Notes: generated from the letters alone by a model not told the origin. A stretch of 51,134 bases of DNA from a virus (IMGVR_UViG_2724679172_000007), one strand, 5' to 3'; positions 1 to 10,411 are shown, counted from the stretch's first letter. A program made the numbers and translations.

Positions 1-604
1 CGTTAGCCAGGTCATATGCAGCCTTGACAGCTTTCGGTGTAGCCGCTTTTCTTTCTTCTGTACTGCTTATTTCATTAGAGAATTCGACACCAACAGCCCG
101 GTTAACCCGGTATTTAAGCACAATCATTTCTTTAGTCACAGCCGTTGCGCCGCTAGGCACGATAACTCGACATAATTCAATTTGATTCTGCCCAATAGTA
201 TTGTCCGTACGCGCGTAAATTCTTGCAGCACTGACAGAAGATGCGCTATCTACCTGTGTCGTTTTTACACCATGTTCAAAATTGGCTTCCAGCACAATAA
301 TGTTGGTAGCCCCTGCCTTTACCGAGACAGTCACATCTTCTATTTGCTGAACGGATATCTGAACATTATTTACATCTACTGAAGCAGCCCCTTTACCTTC
401 TGAGTTTTCAGAAGTTATGCGGACACTCAACCCTGTGCCGGGAACCGGTTCAAATCCACAGTAAAAGCCAGGCAAAACAATATTTTTTAGTTTTCTGTTA
501 AGAGCCAGACTACTATAGAGTTCGAAATATTGAACATCAGCAAGCAACGACTGTGAGACACCAGAGGATAGTGTCATTATGTTGTTCGTTTTATCAGCCC
601 CCAT
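1..604 (-). CDS. Phage tail fibre protein, N-terminal part (5' partial; continues beyond window start)
   Basis: Minus-strand ORF starts at ATG 602-604 (overlapping the stop of the upstream gene) and runs off the window with no stop; the translation contains an ATPKAVKAAYD-type segment; position directly after the baseplate genes matches tail-fibre placement in P1/P2/Mu-like clusters. Confidence 0.4.
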   Translation of the reverse strand, partial: MGADKTNNIMTLSSGVSQSLLADVQYFELYSSLALNRKLKNIVLPGFYCGFEPVPGTGLSVRITSENSEGKGAASVDVNNVQISVQQIEDVTVSVKAGATNIIVLEANFEHGVKTTQVDSASSVSAARIYARTDNTIGQNQIELCRVIVPSGATAVTKEMIVLKYRVNRAVGVEFSNEISSTEERKAATPKAVKAAYDLAN

Positions 605-606
605 AA

Positions 607-1053
607 TCAACCCTCAACTTGCTCGATTGTCATGAGAATACTGTAACGTTTACCTTTATAGAGGGTATCTTGCTGGGTGCAAAGCACACCAAAAGCCTGT
701 TCCTCAGCATCAACAAGCACAAGCGTGTTAAAGTCGTAAGGCGTGTTATCCGGCATTCTTTCTTGAGGGAAGGCTGCATTGATCGTGATAATCCCATCCA
801 CGCTGGACAATATCAGATCGGACACAGCAAACTGTTGAGCGCCACTCAATTTAAAATCGAGCGGAATGTCCGCTATATTCCAGCCTCCTGCACCATTAGC
901 AGTTACCAGACTAGATTTGCACCAATACGCCTTAGAGATAACAAAACGCGCACCTTTGCCGATCGCCGACTCTGCGCGGCGTGAATAATAGTAGGAAAGT
1001 AATTGCGCCTTATACAGGCGGTTACCATCTCTTGCCTTTAAATTTTCAGCCAT
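607..1053 (-). CDS. Phage tail protein (tail-fibre-associated, P1 R-like by position)
   Basis: 148-aa ORF with a good SD (GAAGGGG) before the ATG; lies between the baseplate genes and the tail fibre gene; no recognisable catalytic motif. Confidence 0.35.
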   Translation of the reverse strand: MAENLKARDGNRLYKAQLLSYYYSRRAESAIGKGARFVISKAYWCKSSLVTANGAGGWNIADIPLDFKLSGAQQFAVSDLILSSVDGIITINAAFPQERMPDNTPYDFNTLVLVDAEEQAFGVLCTQQDTLYKGKRYSILMTIEQVEG

Positions 1054-1118
1054 ACGAACATAGCCCCTTCATAAGCAATGAACCAAAGGAGAGTATGCTC
1101 AGTTTGTGATTTCCGTTG

Positions 1119-1144
1119 TTCTTCCCCCAAATGCGGGGGAAGAA
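1119..1144. terminator. GC-rich hairpin between tail genes (possible intrinsic terminator/attenuator)
   Basis: Inverted repeat ttcttccccc-aaatg-cgggggaagaa in the intergenic gap between the 1148..1993 and 607..1053 genes. Confidence 0.4.
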
Positions 1145-1147
1145 TTA

Positions 1148-1993
1148 TTAAACAGATTGAAGGTGGTAATCCAAAGGCCACGCATCGAGTGGGGTTACAT
1201 CAAGATGTAATTGCTTTTCTGCCGTTCGGTTCGGTATGGCATTAAGAGAAATATTGTCTGCCTGGCAGGAGGTATCACTACGGGATAGCATATCAGCCAT
1301 ACTCTCAGTAACATAAACACCTTCAATTACCGAAACATCCGTAGACAGGTAATTTAATATTTCTGCCACTTCAGGGAATACAGCACTAAGCCGAAACGAG
1401 ACGCCATCAAAAACAATATGCAATGGCAACAAAGGGGCTATTACTGTTTCGAAGTCAGATAACAATTTCTGCACAGCGGCTTCTTTATCCTGCTCTCCAT
1501 ATGAGCGATATAGCTTGTTCTGATCAACAACGACCAGCCCCCTTGATGTCAGGAAGAGCTCACCGAATTGAGCCTGTGCCGTAGGTATTTCTATTTCGGT
1601 CGCAAAATATGAACCATAGGGGTGTTTTTCTATATTTACAGGTGCATACAGCGGTTCCCAACTAACAGGAATACAACCGAATTCACGCCAGAATGTCTGC
1701 TCAATAGGCAAGATAGTACCTTTAAAGTGCACTTCATCTAAACGCTGCGCCAGAAGCATTGGCCTACGGGCATTATCTTTTTCAGTGATAACGAAAAAAC
1801 GCCCGTATTCAGCAATGCGGGCATCCATATCCTCACCGTCCATAGTGAAGAAGGATTTTCTGTTACTTATTCTTGTTAATATTGGTTCTACTGCCTCATT
1901 CCAGACATCCTGTAAAGCGTCTATAAATGCACTCCAGAGATGTGAATCCTGTTTTACTTTAGTTAATCGTTCCTTAAGCCAATTATCTTTCAT
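1148..1993 (-). CDS. Baseplate protein (gpI/P1 gp16-like by position)
   Basis: 281-aa ORF immediately downstream of the baseplate J-like gene on the same strand; W-J-I gene order is typical of contractile-tail baseplate wedge modules. Confidence 0.4.
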   Translation of the reverse strand: MKDNWLKERLTKVKQDSHLWSAFIDALQDVWNEAVEPILTRISNRKSFFTMDGEDMDARIAEYGRFFVITEKDNARRPMLLAQRLDEVHFKGTILPIEQTFWREFGCIPVSWEPLYAPVNIEKHPYGSYFATEIEIPTAQAQFGELFLTSRGLVVVDQNKLYRSYGEQDKEAAVQKLLSDFETVIAPLLPLHIVFDGVSFRLSAVFPEVAEILNYLSTDVSVIEGVYVTESMADMLSRSDTSCQADNISLNAIPNRTAEKQLHLDVTPLDAWPLDYHLQSV

Positions 1994-2003
1994 GCTAACC
2001 TCA

Positions 2004-3434
2004 TTACGGGTAAGAAATGCTGAACGTTGAAGATTTTACGTTAAGATAAATGAAGTCATTAAAGTAAACAGCATCTTTCATATTTTGTATTGTTATGTCG
2101 TAAGACAGAAACATATCCAGAGACTCTATTACTCGCCAAATATCCTTAACTTTTACCTGTGCATAACATTGCTGGGAATCATCATCACTCTGTAGTAATA
2201 AACTGAATGATGACGAATCACGGCCAAAATTATCTTCCAACGCTGCTTTAATAGCATTTTGAGCATCGTCTATCAGAACATTTTTACGTGCAATACCTAT
2301 AAAATTTATAGTAAATGGCTGTTCATTTGTATCTACATACTCGAACCGCTTGTTCAACTCATTTGGAACATTCTCTAGAGCTTTCAGTATTTCTGATTTT
2401 AGCTGAGACTGGCTTACACCCGGCTTATGTCCGCAAAAGAAAATTTTGTTGATGTTTCGAACGTCAAACCCAGTTATTTTCTCTTGTAACGCTTCGCCCC
2501 AAACGTTCAACCATGAAGTTCCATGAACAACATTCTGAATGAATTGGCGATAATCACCGCCCCATACCACTTGTTCATCGTATGCAACATAATACTGAGC
2601 ACGATTTCGAGTTTCTTCTGTAGTTTCCATACCACTACCACCGGTAATGATCGAATCAGTTTTAAACTCTAGTGACTCCACATATTGAGCGATATTTCCA
2701 GCCGGTTCTAACTTTTGTCCTTCAGCCAAAGTATAGTCGCCAAGGCTAGCCATAACATCGATTCGAACCTGACAGCCTGCTGGAGGCATCATACCCATAG
2801 AACCATCACCAAACTTGACTCCAAGTTGTTCTGTAGGTTTATATGCCAATGAATAGTGCTTACTCTTGTCTCTGGACATTCTAAATAATGGGTTATATGT
2901 CCATTTTTCTTCTACTCCATCTGTAATAACATAAACATCCAGGCTAGAGACTTCTTTTGTTAACTCTCTGGAAAGCAACAATGTCAGAAATAAAGTTTCC
3001 TTCTCAATATCAAACGTAATGCTAACAGCTTCATGCTGTTTAGTTTCTACGCCAGAAACAGTTCCTCCAGCAGGAATTACAACACTGTTAATAATTGCCA
3101 AAGGTGTTTGGTCATTGGCAAGCAATTCAGCCCCGGCTGGTAACGTAATATCCCGATCAGTTTTATTGGTTATAGACGTTGTTCCGTATGAAGCACTAAC
3201 AAATCGCCCTACGTAGCTACGGTCTTCAGCAACCGCTAAAATACTTGAGCGGCGCGTTGCCGTTGAAATAAGTCCCTCAGTGAGGCCGCGACTTGCAAAT
3301 GTACGGGCAATATAAATAAGCTGCGATCCGAATATAGCGTGCATCTGCACAAACTGACTATTTACAAATCGTGACCACCATGTATTTTCATTTAACTTGG
3401 CGTTAAATTTGTCCAGTAATTCTGTAATCGTCAC
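2004..3434 (-). CDS. Baseplate J-like protein
   Basis: 476-aa ORF whose start overlaps the stop of the upstream W-like gene (translational coupling); size and position match the baseplate J/gp6 family. Confidence 0.5.
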   Translation of the reverse strand: MTITELLDKFNAKLNENTWWSRFVNSQFVQMHAIFGSQLIYIARTFASRGLTEGLISTATRRSSILAVAEDRSYVGRFVSASYGTTSITNKTDRDITLPAGAELLANDQTPLAIINSVVIPAGGTVSGVETKQHEAVSITFDIEKETLFLTLLLSRELTKEVSSLDVYVITDGVEEKWTYNPLFRMSRDKSKHYSLAYKPTEQLGVKFGDGSMGMMPPAGCQVRIDVMASLGDYTLAEGQKLEPAGNIAQYVESLEFKTDSIITGGSGMETTEETRNRAQYYVAYDEQVVWGGDYRQFIQNVVHGTSWLNVWGEALQEKITGFDVRNINKIFFCGHKPGVSQSQLKSEILKALENVPNELNKRFEYVDTNEQPFTINFIGIARKNVLIDDAQNAIKAALEDNFGRDSSSFSLLLQSDDDSQQCYAQVKVKDIWRVIESLDMFLSYDITIQNMKDAVYFNDFIYLNVKSSTFSISYP

Positions 3435-3805
3435 GCGCCCACCCCACTTGATTTCTGCATAACAATATCCATGCTCCCACCTTTCGCATAAAAACTAATT
3501 AATAAAGAATCTTCAGAAATTGATGTGCAACGAATCCCTTGCACATCCAAACCTGGCAAGTCTTGTCGTAGTTTTTTCATCATTCTCCCTTCAATAGCCA
3601 CTTCAACTATGTGCGAAGTTTCAGAGCCGAATGGTTCATGCTTAAATTCTTCCATTGGACTCCCCCAAGAGGGTAAACCATAAACACTCCCTTCAGGGGT
3701 TCGTAGCCACTCGTCAAGTCGGGCCATCCATGCTGCGGTACTTCCTTCTGCAATAATGACACCGCTCTCATTCGTTTGAAGTCTTGCGTCTATTTCGTAA
3801 AGCAT
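3431..3805 (-). CDS. Baseplate wedge protein (GPW/gp25-like)
   Basis: 124-aa ORF directly after the tape-measure-like gene and before the J-like gene; size and residue pattern resemble GPW/gp25 proteins. Confidence 0.45.
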   Translation of the reverse strand: MLYEIDARLQTNESGVIIAEGSTAAWMARLDEWLRTPEGSVYGLPSWGSPMEEFKHEPFGSETSHIVEVAIEGRMMKKLRQDLPGLDVQGIRCTSISEDSLLISFYAKGGSMDIVMQKSSGVGA

Positions 3806-3810
3806 CAGTA

Positions 3811-6800
3811 TTAATCCTCAAGCAGAGCATCCAGCGACTGGTCATTAATAGTTGTGCTCGCACGTGGTCGCGGCTGCGGCTGCGATGTTTTGACAACATT
3901 ATCCGGATCGCCTTTTGTATTGTTCTTGTTCACATTCAGCAGATCGTTCAGGATAGAGCAGATGTTATCCAGCGCCTTCAACATAGCAGGATCGTTATTT
4001 ATAGTGTCAGTAGTTAATGGTTGTCTTATTCCGCTTCGTGCGAGATCGGTTACAGTAGGGAGTTGTGGCGGCATAGCAAGAAAAGGTTCTTGCACAGCTG
4101 AAGCAGAGCCAAATATGGCGTTATTGGCACCAGTTGCTATTCCCCTAATGCTATTAGCGGTTTGTTGAATCCCCCCATTCAGCCAGTCTCCAACATTTCT
4201 TGTTAATGGGCTAATAGCTCGCGCAATCGCACTATTCTGCCCAGTAGACTGCATTACAAGATCGTTCAATATCCCTGTACTATCAATCCCCCCAACAAGT
4301 CGTGAAAGGTTATCGCCAACGGCAGGAATTACTGCGGTTCCTGTCTGTTTAAGCCCTGACACCGTGGAATCAAATAGCGAACCAAAGAAGCTCTTATCCT
4401 CACCTGTAACCACCTTGTAGCCGTTGTCATAAATCTGCACATCACTTGGTGCCGTGATAGTTCGTTTTCCAGAGGTAACTACTGGCGCAGCTCCCGCCAT
4501 AGCCTGGTTGATTGCCAGAGCCTGCTCCTGCTGTGGAGTTTTCGGTGCTGGCGCTGCAGACGAAAAGCCCGCCATAGCCTGGCTGATTGCCAGAGCCTGC
4601 TCCTGCTGTGGGGTTTTCGGTGCTGGCGCTGCAGACGAAAAGCCCGCCATAGCCTGGCTGATTGCCAGAGCCTGCTCCTGCTGTGGGGTTTTCGGTGCTG
4701 GCGCTGCAGACGAAAAGCCCGCCATAGCCTGGCTGATTGCCAGAGCCTGCTCCTGCTGTGGGGTTTTCGGTGCTGGCGCTGCAGACGAAAAGCCCGCCAT
4801 AGCCTGGCTGATTGCCAGAGCCTGCTCCTGCTGTGGGGTTTTCGGTGCTGGCGCTGCAGACGAAAAGCCCGCCATAGCCTGGCTGATTGCCAGAGCCTGC
4901 TCCTGCTGTGGGGTTTTCGGTGCTGGCGCTGCAGACGAAAAGCCCGCCATAGCCTGGCTGATTGCCAGAGCCTGCTCCTGCTGTGGGGTTTTCGGTGCTG
5001 GCGCTGCAGACGAAAAGCCCGCCATAGCCTGGCTGATTGCCAGAGCCTGCTCCTGCTGTGGGGTTTTCGGTGCTGGCGCTGCAGACGAAAAGCCCGCCAT
5101 AGCCTGGCTGATTGCCAGAGCCTGCTCCTGCTGTGGGGTTTTCGGTGCTGGCGCTGCAGACGAAAAGCCCGCCATAGCCTGGCTGATTGCCAGAGCCTGC
5201 TCCTGCTGTGGGGTTTTCGGTGCTGGCGCTGCAGACGAAAAGCCCGCCATAGCCTGGCTGATTGCCAGAGCCTGCTCCTGCTGTGGAGTTTTCGGAGTAG
5301 AAGGGGATACTTGATCTCCCGGAAGTAGATCAATGATTTCTGTATCGTGATTAACAGTGCGTTTTTGTTGTATGGCTGTTGCGATATCAGCCACTTGAGA
5401 AGCTTTTTTAAATCCAAAAGATTTACCGGTTAAGCCGGATATCTTTTCAGTAAGAGCCTGATCCATTCCTTTCGCTTTTTCGGAAAGCGAAGATATAGAA
5501 CCAAACGAAGTAGCCAACGCAAAATCCTTTACCAGGTCCAGACTTGTTCCAGCAAGGCTGGTAGCCGCGCCGCCAAATAAATTACTTGCACCACTGATTC
5601 CGCTTTCATTTATTGCGATTAACCGCTCAAGCAAACTCGATGGAGAGCCGGTATTAACATCAGCGTTCTCTGGATTAATCGGTTGTGGTTGGTTACCTGT
5701 TTTTTGTGGCTTTTTGACTGCCTGGGCATGTTGTGCAACCTCAATTGGCTGTTGTGTTGCTGTCGGAACGGCATTCAAAACTGGTTGAGCTGGAGATTTT
5801 CCATTAGCATATTTTACCTTGCGACCAACACTATATTGCGAATCGCGGGCAATTAGCTGACCACCATTTTCTTTCTGAATTTTATTAATCCGCGCCAATG
5901 TTTCATCAGAGAATTGCCCCTCCCATCGACCAGTGTTTGTGTTAAATGCTCCAAGTGCGTTCTTAATGAACTCATTATTAACTGCCGGATTTCCGCCTTC
6001 TTTCGTCGCAATTGCACGAACTAATTGCGTCATAACCTCTGGTTTGCTGACATCTATTTTTTCATTAGGCGATACACCAAGATATTTACTGACGTTATCA
6101 ATATATTGGTTAGTATTGTTCTCATTTGGCGGTGCCCATTTTGAAATGATGCTGGATACCGTCTGTAACTTCTGATATCCCGCTGCGGCACTGGTGCCGT
6201 TGTAATAGCTGGAAACCTGGTTTGCCAGTGCCCTGATCCCTTCTTCAGGTGTGTTAAATCGCGCAAAACGTTGTTCACCTTTTGCATTTGGCGATTCCAG
6301 CGTCGCCCCTTCCTGGTTGGCAAAAACAAGATTGCCGAGATTATTATTTCGGTAATTGCGGTTTTTAGCGTTGCTGCCGCCAATATTCAGATCCGCTGCA
6401 ATGGTGTTGTTGGCAGGTGCACTAAATTCAGTTGGAGAAGTATACCCGTGCTCACCAACTCCATCCTCGCCATTACGCCCACCTTGTAATTGTTCACCTA
6501 GAGAATGAATCGCATCGACAGTTTTTTTGGTGCCGTCTTCAACAGCTTTTTTTACTTGTTTCGTGTTTTCGTCAGTGGATAAAAATGTATCCTTAAGGCT
6601 ACCAAAAACAGATTTGGTGATATCTACCGCGCCGTTAACACCACGAGCAATATCTCCGGTATCAAAATTCTGAAGTTTTTCACCTGCTCTTTCAAATCCT
6701 AGCGCAGAAATTCCTTTCCCTATCAAGTTCGTTGCGCCCGACACCAAGCCCCCCATATCGAGCACATTAGCTGTTGCGTAAGCCGTTTTTTGCTGTTCGG

Positions 6801-8391
6801 ATACAGCATCATCGTCACTTAATCCAAAGGCTGCCTTTTGCGCATCTGTATCAGTGTAACCATCTATAGCGTCATATCCCGCCATAGCCAGCGATCCGAT
6901 GATAGGGATAGCTCTTGCAGCTGTAGAAGCAGCTGATTTAACACCTATTTTTGCAGCACTTTTGAGGGCTACGGATTCGGTTTTTTTCTTTGCAACAGTT
7001 TCACCTGTTTTAACTGTGGCCTCTTCGGCAACAACACCTGCTGGCTTAACTGCCTTTGCTGTGTTTTTTGTTTCTTTAGCAATACCCTTAGATGCGTCGC
7101 TTGTGGTGCTGATGTCTTTGGCTTTACTAACCTTTGTTTTAACAGTCTTTGCAGCTCCAGCACCAGCTCCAGCAGCAGCGGTTCCGGCAGCGGCTTTTTC
7201 ACCAACAGAAAGGGCTTTTTTCCCCAGATTGCGACCTTTCCTTTTCGGTTTGTTCCGTTTATTTTTACCAGCCTGATCGCCAATATTGATTTTATTTCTT
7301 CTGCTTGCTCGATTTCTCCAGAGATCACTTAAGCCGAACTTATTCCCAGAAGATACTGATTTGCGTAGCTTAACTACTTCGTCGGAGACATTTTCCAGAC
7401 CATCAATTATTTTGTTGTCATTGGTCTGAAGAATTTTTGTTTGCTCTTCTACTGCTTGTGCTGATTTTGTCTCAACAGCATTATTAAATGCTGTTGCAGA
7501 GGTTGCTTTTTGAGTATTAACCACCGCCGGATAAGTGATAGCTGGAGATGTCGCTTTCGAAGGTGAAGCCTCACCTTTCCCCTTTTCTACCCATTCTTTA
7601 AGAGATTCTGCTTTACCTGTGATCTCTTTAGTAATGTCGTACATGCCGCGAGCAGCCATCCACAACGGACCACCAGCGCCAACACCTGCGGCATCTGTTA
7701 AAGACTCTTCACTGGAAGACTGATTGCCATCTACCCCTATAATGGAGCCTAATTTCCGGAGGAAGCCTTCTTGTAGTTTGGCGTCGGCCTTATGTGCTTT
7801 CTGCCATTCTTTTTTTCTGGCTATATCTTCGTTGTTTTTCTGGGATACAAAGCGTCCGTTACTATCCCGAAGCGGTCCTTTTTGGCTTTGGGGGGATTGT
7901 GGTTCAAGAGGAGCAGAATTAGCGGCTACTGGCACAGAACCTTTCAACTTTTGGGCTGACTGGCGTGATGACGCAAAATGAACGCGCTCTGATGTGTTGG
8001 TTGCAACAATGAGACGTTCTTCTCCGTTGTTGATCTGCGTCCTCCCTTTTTTCATCGGAAGGCGTTTTATATATGGGTTAGCTTGGGTGTTCTTGGCATC
8101 ATCAGAGACATAGGGTTCGCTTGCTATGAGTCTACGGGATAGTCTTTGACTTACTTTACCTTGATTTTCACCAAGTTGAGTTATAGACCCTCTACCAGAG
8201 AGAATGGCGTCTTTGATCTCAGCAAGAGCGTTAAGTTCGTTTGTGCTCGCCCCCTGAATAGCGTCAATTATTGCGATACGGTCTTTATTCTCTTTCAAAA
8301 TAACCTCTCTTTTGCCAGCGGCGATCAACGTTTCCCGGCTTGAGCTTTGTATTTTTCTTCCAGGGCTTTTGACATATGGAGTGCTCGCCAT
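3811..8391 (-). CDS. Tail tape-measure / structural injection protein (P1 Sit-like), with internal 25-aa tandem repeats
   Basis: 1526-aa ORF, Ala/Gly/Ser/Lys-rich and low-complexity; contains about 11 consecutive copies of KTPQQEQALAISQAMAGFSSAAPAP; followed by baseplate genes as in P1 (sit-pmgA-bplA-16-R-S). Confidence 0.6.
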   Translation of the reverse strand: MASTPYVKSPGRKIQSSSRETLIAAGKREVILKENKDRIAIIDAIQGASTNELNALAEIKDAILSGRGSITQLGENQGKVSQRLSRRLIASEPYVSDDAKNTQANPYIKRLPMKKGRTQINNGEERLIVATNTSERVHFASSRQSAQKLKGSVPVAANSAPLEPQSPQSQKGPLRDSNGRFVSQKNNEDIARKKEWQKAHKADAKLQEGFLRKLGSIIGVDGNQSSSEESLTDAAGVGAGGPLWMAARGMYDITKEITGKAESLKEWVEKGKGEASPSKATSPAITYPAVVNTQKATSATAFNNAVETKSAQAVEEQTKILQTNDNKIIDGLENVSDEVVKLRKSVSSGNKFGLSDLWRNRASRRNKINIGDQAGKNKRNKPKRKGRNLGKKALSVGEKAAAGTAAAGAGAGAAKTVKTKVSKAKDISTTSDASKGIAKETKNTAKAVKPAGVVAEEATVKTGETVAKKKTESVALKSAAKIGVKSAASTAARAIPIIGSLAMAGYDAIDGYTDTDAQKAAFGLSDDDAVSEQQKTAYATANVLDMGGLVSGATNLIGKGISALGFERAGEKLQNFDTGDIARGVNGAVDITKSVFGSLKDTFLSTDENTKQVKKAVEDGTKKTVDAIHSLGEQLQGGRNGEDGVGEHGYTSPTEFSAPANNTIAADLNIGGSNAKNRNYRNNNLGNLVFANQEGATLESPNAKGEQRFARFNTPEEGIRALANQVSSYYNGTSAAAGYQKLQTVSSIISKWAPPNENNTNQYIDNVSKYLGVSPNEKIDVSKPEVMTQLVRAIATKEGGNPAVNNEFIKNALGAFNTNTGRWEGQFSDETLARINKIQKENGGQLIARDSQYSVGRKVKYANGKSPAQPVLNAVPTATQQPIEVAQHAQAVKKPQKTGNQPQPINPENADVNTGSPSSLLERLIAINESGISGASNLFGGAATSLAGTSLDLVKDFALATSFGSISSLSEKAKGMDQALTEKISGLTGKSFGFKKASQVADIATAIQQKRTVNHDTEIIDLLPGDQVSPSTPKTPQQEQALAISQAMAGFSSAAPAPKTPQQEQALAISQAMAGFSSAAPAPKTPQQEQALAISQAMAGFSSAAPAPKTPQQEQALAISQAMAGFSSAAPAPKTPQQEQALAISQAMAGFSSAAPAPKTPQQEQALAISQAMAGFSSAAPAPKTPQQEQALAISQAMAGFSSAAPAPKTPQQEQALAISQAMAGFSSAAPAPKTPQQEQALAISQAMAGFSSAAPAPKTPQQEQALAISQAMAGFSSAAPAPKTPQQEQALAINQAMAGAAPVVTSGKRTITAPSDVQIYDNGYKVVTGEDKSFFGSLFDSTVSGLKQTGTAVIPAVGDNLSRLVGGIDSTGILNDLVMQSTGQNSAIARAISPLTRNVGDWLNGGIQQTANSIRGIATGANNAIFGSASAVQEPFLAMPPQLPTVTDLARSGIRQPLTTDTINNDPAMLKALDNICSILNDLLNVNKNNTKGDPDNVVKTSQPQPRPRASTTINDQSLDALLED
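4491..5295. repeat. Tandem direct repeat, 75-bp unit, about 10.7 copies, in-frame within the tape-measure-like gene
   Basis: Unit agcctggctgattgccagagcctgctcctgctgtggggttttcggtgctggcgctgcagacgaaaagcccgccat starts at 4501, 4576, 4651 ... 5251 (period 75); internal copies are identical, the first and last differ by 1-2 nt. Confidence 0.95.
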
Positions 8392-8445
8392 TGTGGCAAT
8401 TGTTCAACGTCACTAACGGGCTGATATCCATACAGAGTCAGGTTG

Positions 8446-9267
8446 TTAATAATGGTTAGCCATCCATTCAGATCTAATTGATGGGATAAACTCTCTATTG
8501 AGAAAGGGGACGTACAGTGTGGTTGTCACATCTGCACCCTCCTTAGCGTTTTTGCAATGTTGCGGAGGCAGGATCAGTCGGCTTGAGCCTCTCTCAATAG
8601 ACATTTTCAGGCCGTGGCGTAGGTCTTTTTGCATAAGCTGTATGCGAGCCACAAGCGGGGTAAATTCGGTTTCAAGCGCCATGCTTTCAATGATGTCAAA
8701 GCGTCGGTTAGCGGCCTGCGTGAAGTCCTCCGGATCGTCTTCAAGCGCCGTGCATAAAGCGAGTTCAGCAATTCGCATCCGTGCTACGCCAGCACTGTAT
8801 TCGGGAGTTTTCATATCAGGAAGTGACGCTCGCATTCGTTCAAGGAGTTCCGCGCCTTTCCCGGTTAATGGTTTAAGTATCCAGTCAGTTGGTACTCCAT
8901 TTACTGGTACGTTGGTTTTCACGTAAGGAGGTACAGTGAGTATTTCTACTGTTTGGGCCAGGTCGCTCAGGTTAATATCTGCATGATGCGTATTACCGCA
9001 GTGACTGCACTCATAGGAGTAGGTCATTACTGCATCGGGGCGCGAATTAACAAATATCCACCAAAGAGCAGTTCTGCGGTCCTGAACTGTCCAGTTAGCA
9101 CTGTCGTTAATTTCACCATCCTGCATAGAGTTAAGGTACTCTGTAGTCGTTGCCTCATCTTCTGCCGGGTTCAGGTCAGAATATTTCAGCGCATCCTTCA
9201 CGGTAGGGGCGTGGAACTGAATTTCTGTCTCAGGATGGGAAGGCAATGGGAATTTTGGAATGTTCAA
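8446..9267 (-). CDS. Phage morphogenesis protein (hypothetical; Cys/His cluster CSHCGNTHH)
   Basis: 273-aa ORF immediately upstream of the tape-measure-like gene on the same strand. Confidence 0.4.
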   Translation of the reverse strand: MNIPKFPLPSHPETEIQFHAPTVKDALKYSDLNPAEDEATTTEYLNSMQDGEINDSANWTVQDRRTALWWIFVNSRPDAVMTYSYECSHCGNTHHADINLSDLAQTVEILTVPPYVKTNVPVNGVPTDWILKPLTGKGAELLERMRASLPDMKTPEYSAGVARMRIAELALCTALEDDPEDFTQAANRRFDIIESMALETEFTPLVARIQLMQKDLRHGLKMSIERGSSRLILPPQHCKNAKEGADVTTTLYVPFLNREFIPSIRSEWMANHY

Positions 9268-9374
9268 TTATTCCTCCGAAAAGCAGGTATCTGTTCATTT
9301 TCCAGAGGATAGGGAGTGTGTGATTTGCGATGGGGATTGAATGAAGATCTTTGCCGGTCGAGAAGCGATTATTG

Positions 9375-9630
9375 AGGGTGATTTTTACACCTTAAGTGAC
9401 GCTACTCACATATCCACAGAGTATTTTTATAAACCTTTTTCCATTTTTAATCCTTTTTAGATCCTTTTTAGGCGTCGCTGGAGCCAGTAGTGGCGCGGGC
9501 TGTAGAGGAGGCTGGTGTAAGATTTGCCCTCAATTAAATACGATCGGTGTAAGATTTGCCCTCAGAAGGTGTAAGATTTGCCCTCAAAAGGTGTAGTAAT
9601 TGCCCTCAAAGTGGTGTAAAAATTGCCCTC
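9375..9630. promoter_or_regulatory. Iteron-type replication origin region (incC-like): DnaA-box-like site, AT-rich stretch with GATC, five 19-bp direct iterons
   Basis: ATATCCACA at 9410-9418 (8/9 match to the DnaA box TTATCCACA); AT-rich 9421-9480; iterons GGTGTAAGATTTGCCCTCA at 9514, 9546, 9568, 9590 (variant) and 9612 (variant) on a 22-bp period, plus an inverted iteron-like copy near 9375-9391; immediately upstream of repA. Confidence 0.7.
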
Positions 9631-9655
9631 ACCATTTGAAGGATCACACAGGGTT

Positions 9656-10411
9656 ATGAACAGAGCGGAATTAACAGCAAAAGCCGTCAGCCTGATTGAG
9701 TCAGCGACACCTATTAGTCGTAGTCTGGCACAAGCCAATGAGATCACGGAGGCTGCTTATCACCTGACTCGCGACCAAAAGCGACTGTTGTTTATTGTGG
9801 TGGGAAGACTTCGCTATGCTTCTAAGGATGGCGTTCTTGGTTCAGGTGCCTGTGAGTTGACGGTCAACGAATATGCAGAGATGTATAATTTGCCCTCTGC
9901 TGAAGCCAGCAAGGATATTCGTAAGGCCATTTCAGGGCTTAGCGAGAAGAAAGTTACGATATATAACCCTGATGAATCGACCGAATCAGAAGACAGTTAT
10001 GAGTCTTATCCCTGGATGATTAAGGATGCCTATTCACCACGGCGCGGGACTTACATTATTCATCTTAATCCATATCTCATGCCGTTTTTTACTCTGCTTG
10101 ATAAGAGATTCACAAGGCTGAATTTTACCGAAGTATCTCGCCTTACAAATCCTTATTCTATGCGGCTTTATGAGTCCTTATGCCAGTACAGGAAGGATGA
10201 TGGAAGCGGCTTTGCCATACTTGGCGTCGAATGGATGCGGGAGCGTTATGGGTTACCAAAAAGCTATCAGCGGTATGCCGAATTTAAGAGAAGTTTTTTA
10301 ACGAAGGCTGTAGCAGAGATTGAAAAAAATACAAAAATGAAAATAGTCTTCTCAGAGGTGACGGAAGGCGGCAAAGTTACCAGGATAAAATTTACCTATC
10401 AGCAGTCTTAA
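9656..10411 (+). CDS. repA: Iteron-binding plasmid replication initiator RepA (Rep_3-like)
   Basis: ORF flanked on both sides by arrays of the same 19-bp iteron; start assigned to the ATG at 9656 just downstream of the last upstream iteron; architecture parallels P1 oriR (incC-repA-incA). Confidence 0.75.
   Translation: MNRAELTAKAVSLIESATPISRSLAQANEITEAAYHLTRDQKRLLFIVVGRLRYASKDGVLGSGACELTVNEYAEMYNLPSAEASKDIRKAISGLSEKKVTIYNPDESTESEDSYESYPWMIKDAYSPRRGTYIIHLNPYLMPFFTLLDKRFTRLNFTEVSRLTNPYSMRLYESLCQYRKDDGSGFAILGVEWMRERYGLPKSYQRYAEFKRSFLTKAVAEIEKNTKMKIVFSEVTEGGKVTRIKFTYQQS

Noticed and set aside
4454-5417. Long ORFs on both strands within the tandem-repeat region (4454..5314 plus, 4479..5417 minus alternative frame) with repetitive translations
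   Set aside because: They are artefacts of the 75-bp repeat lacking stop codons in other frames; the in-frame reading within the 3811..8391 gene is the only one with sensible context.
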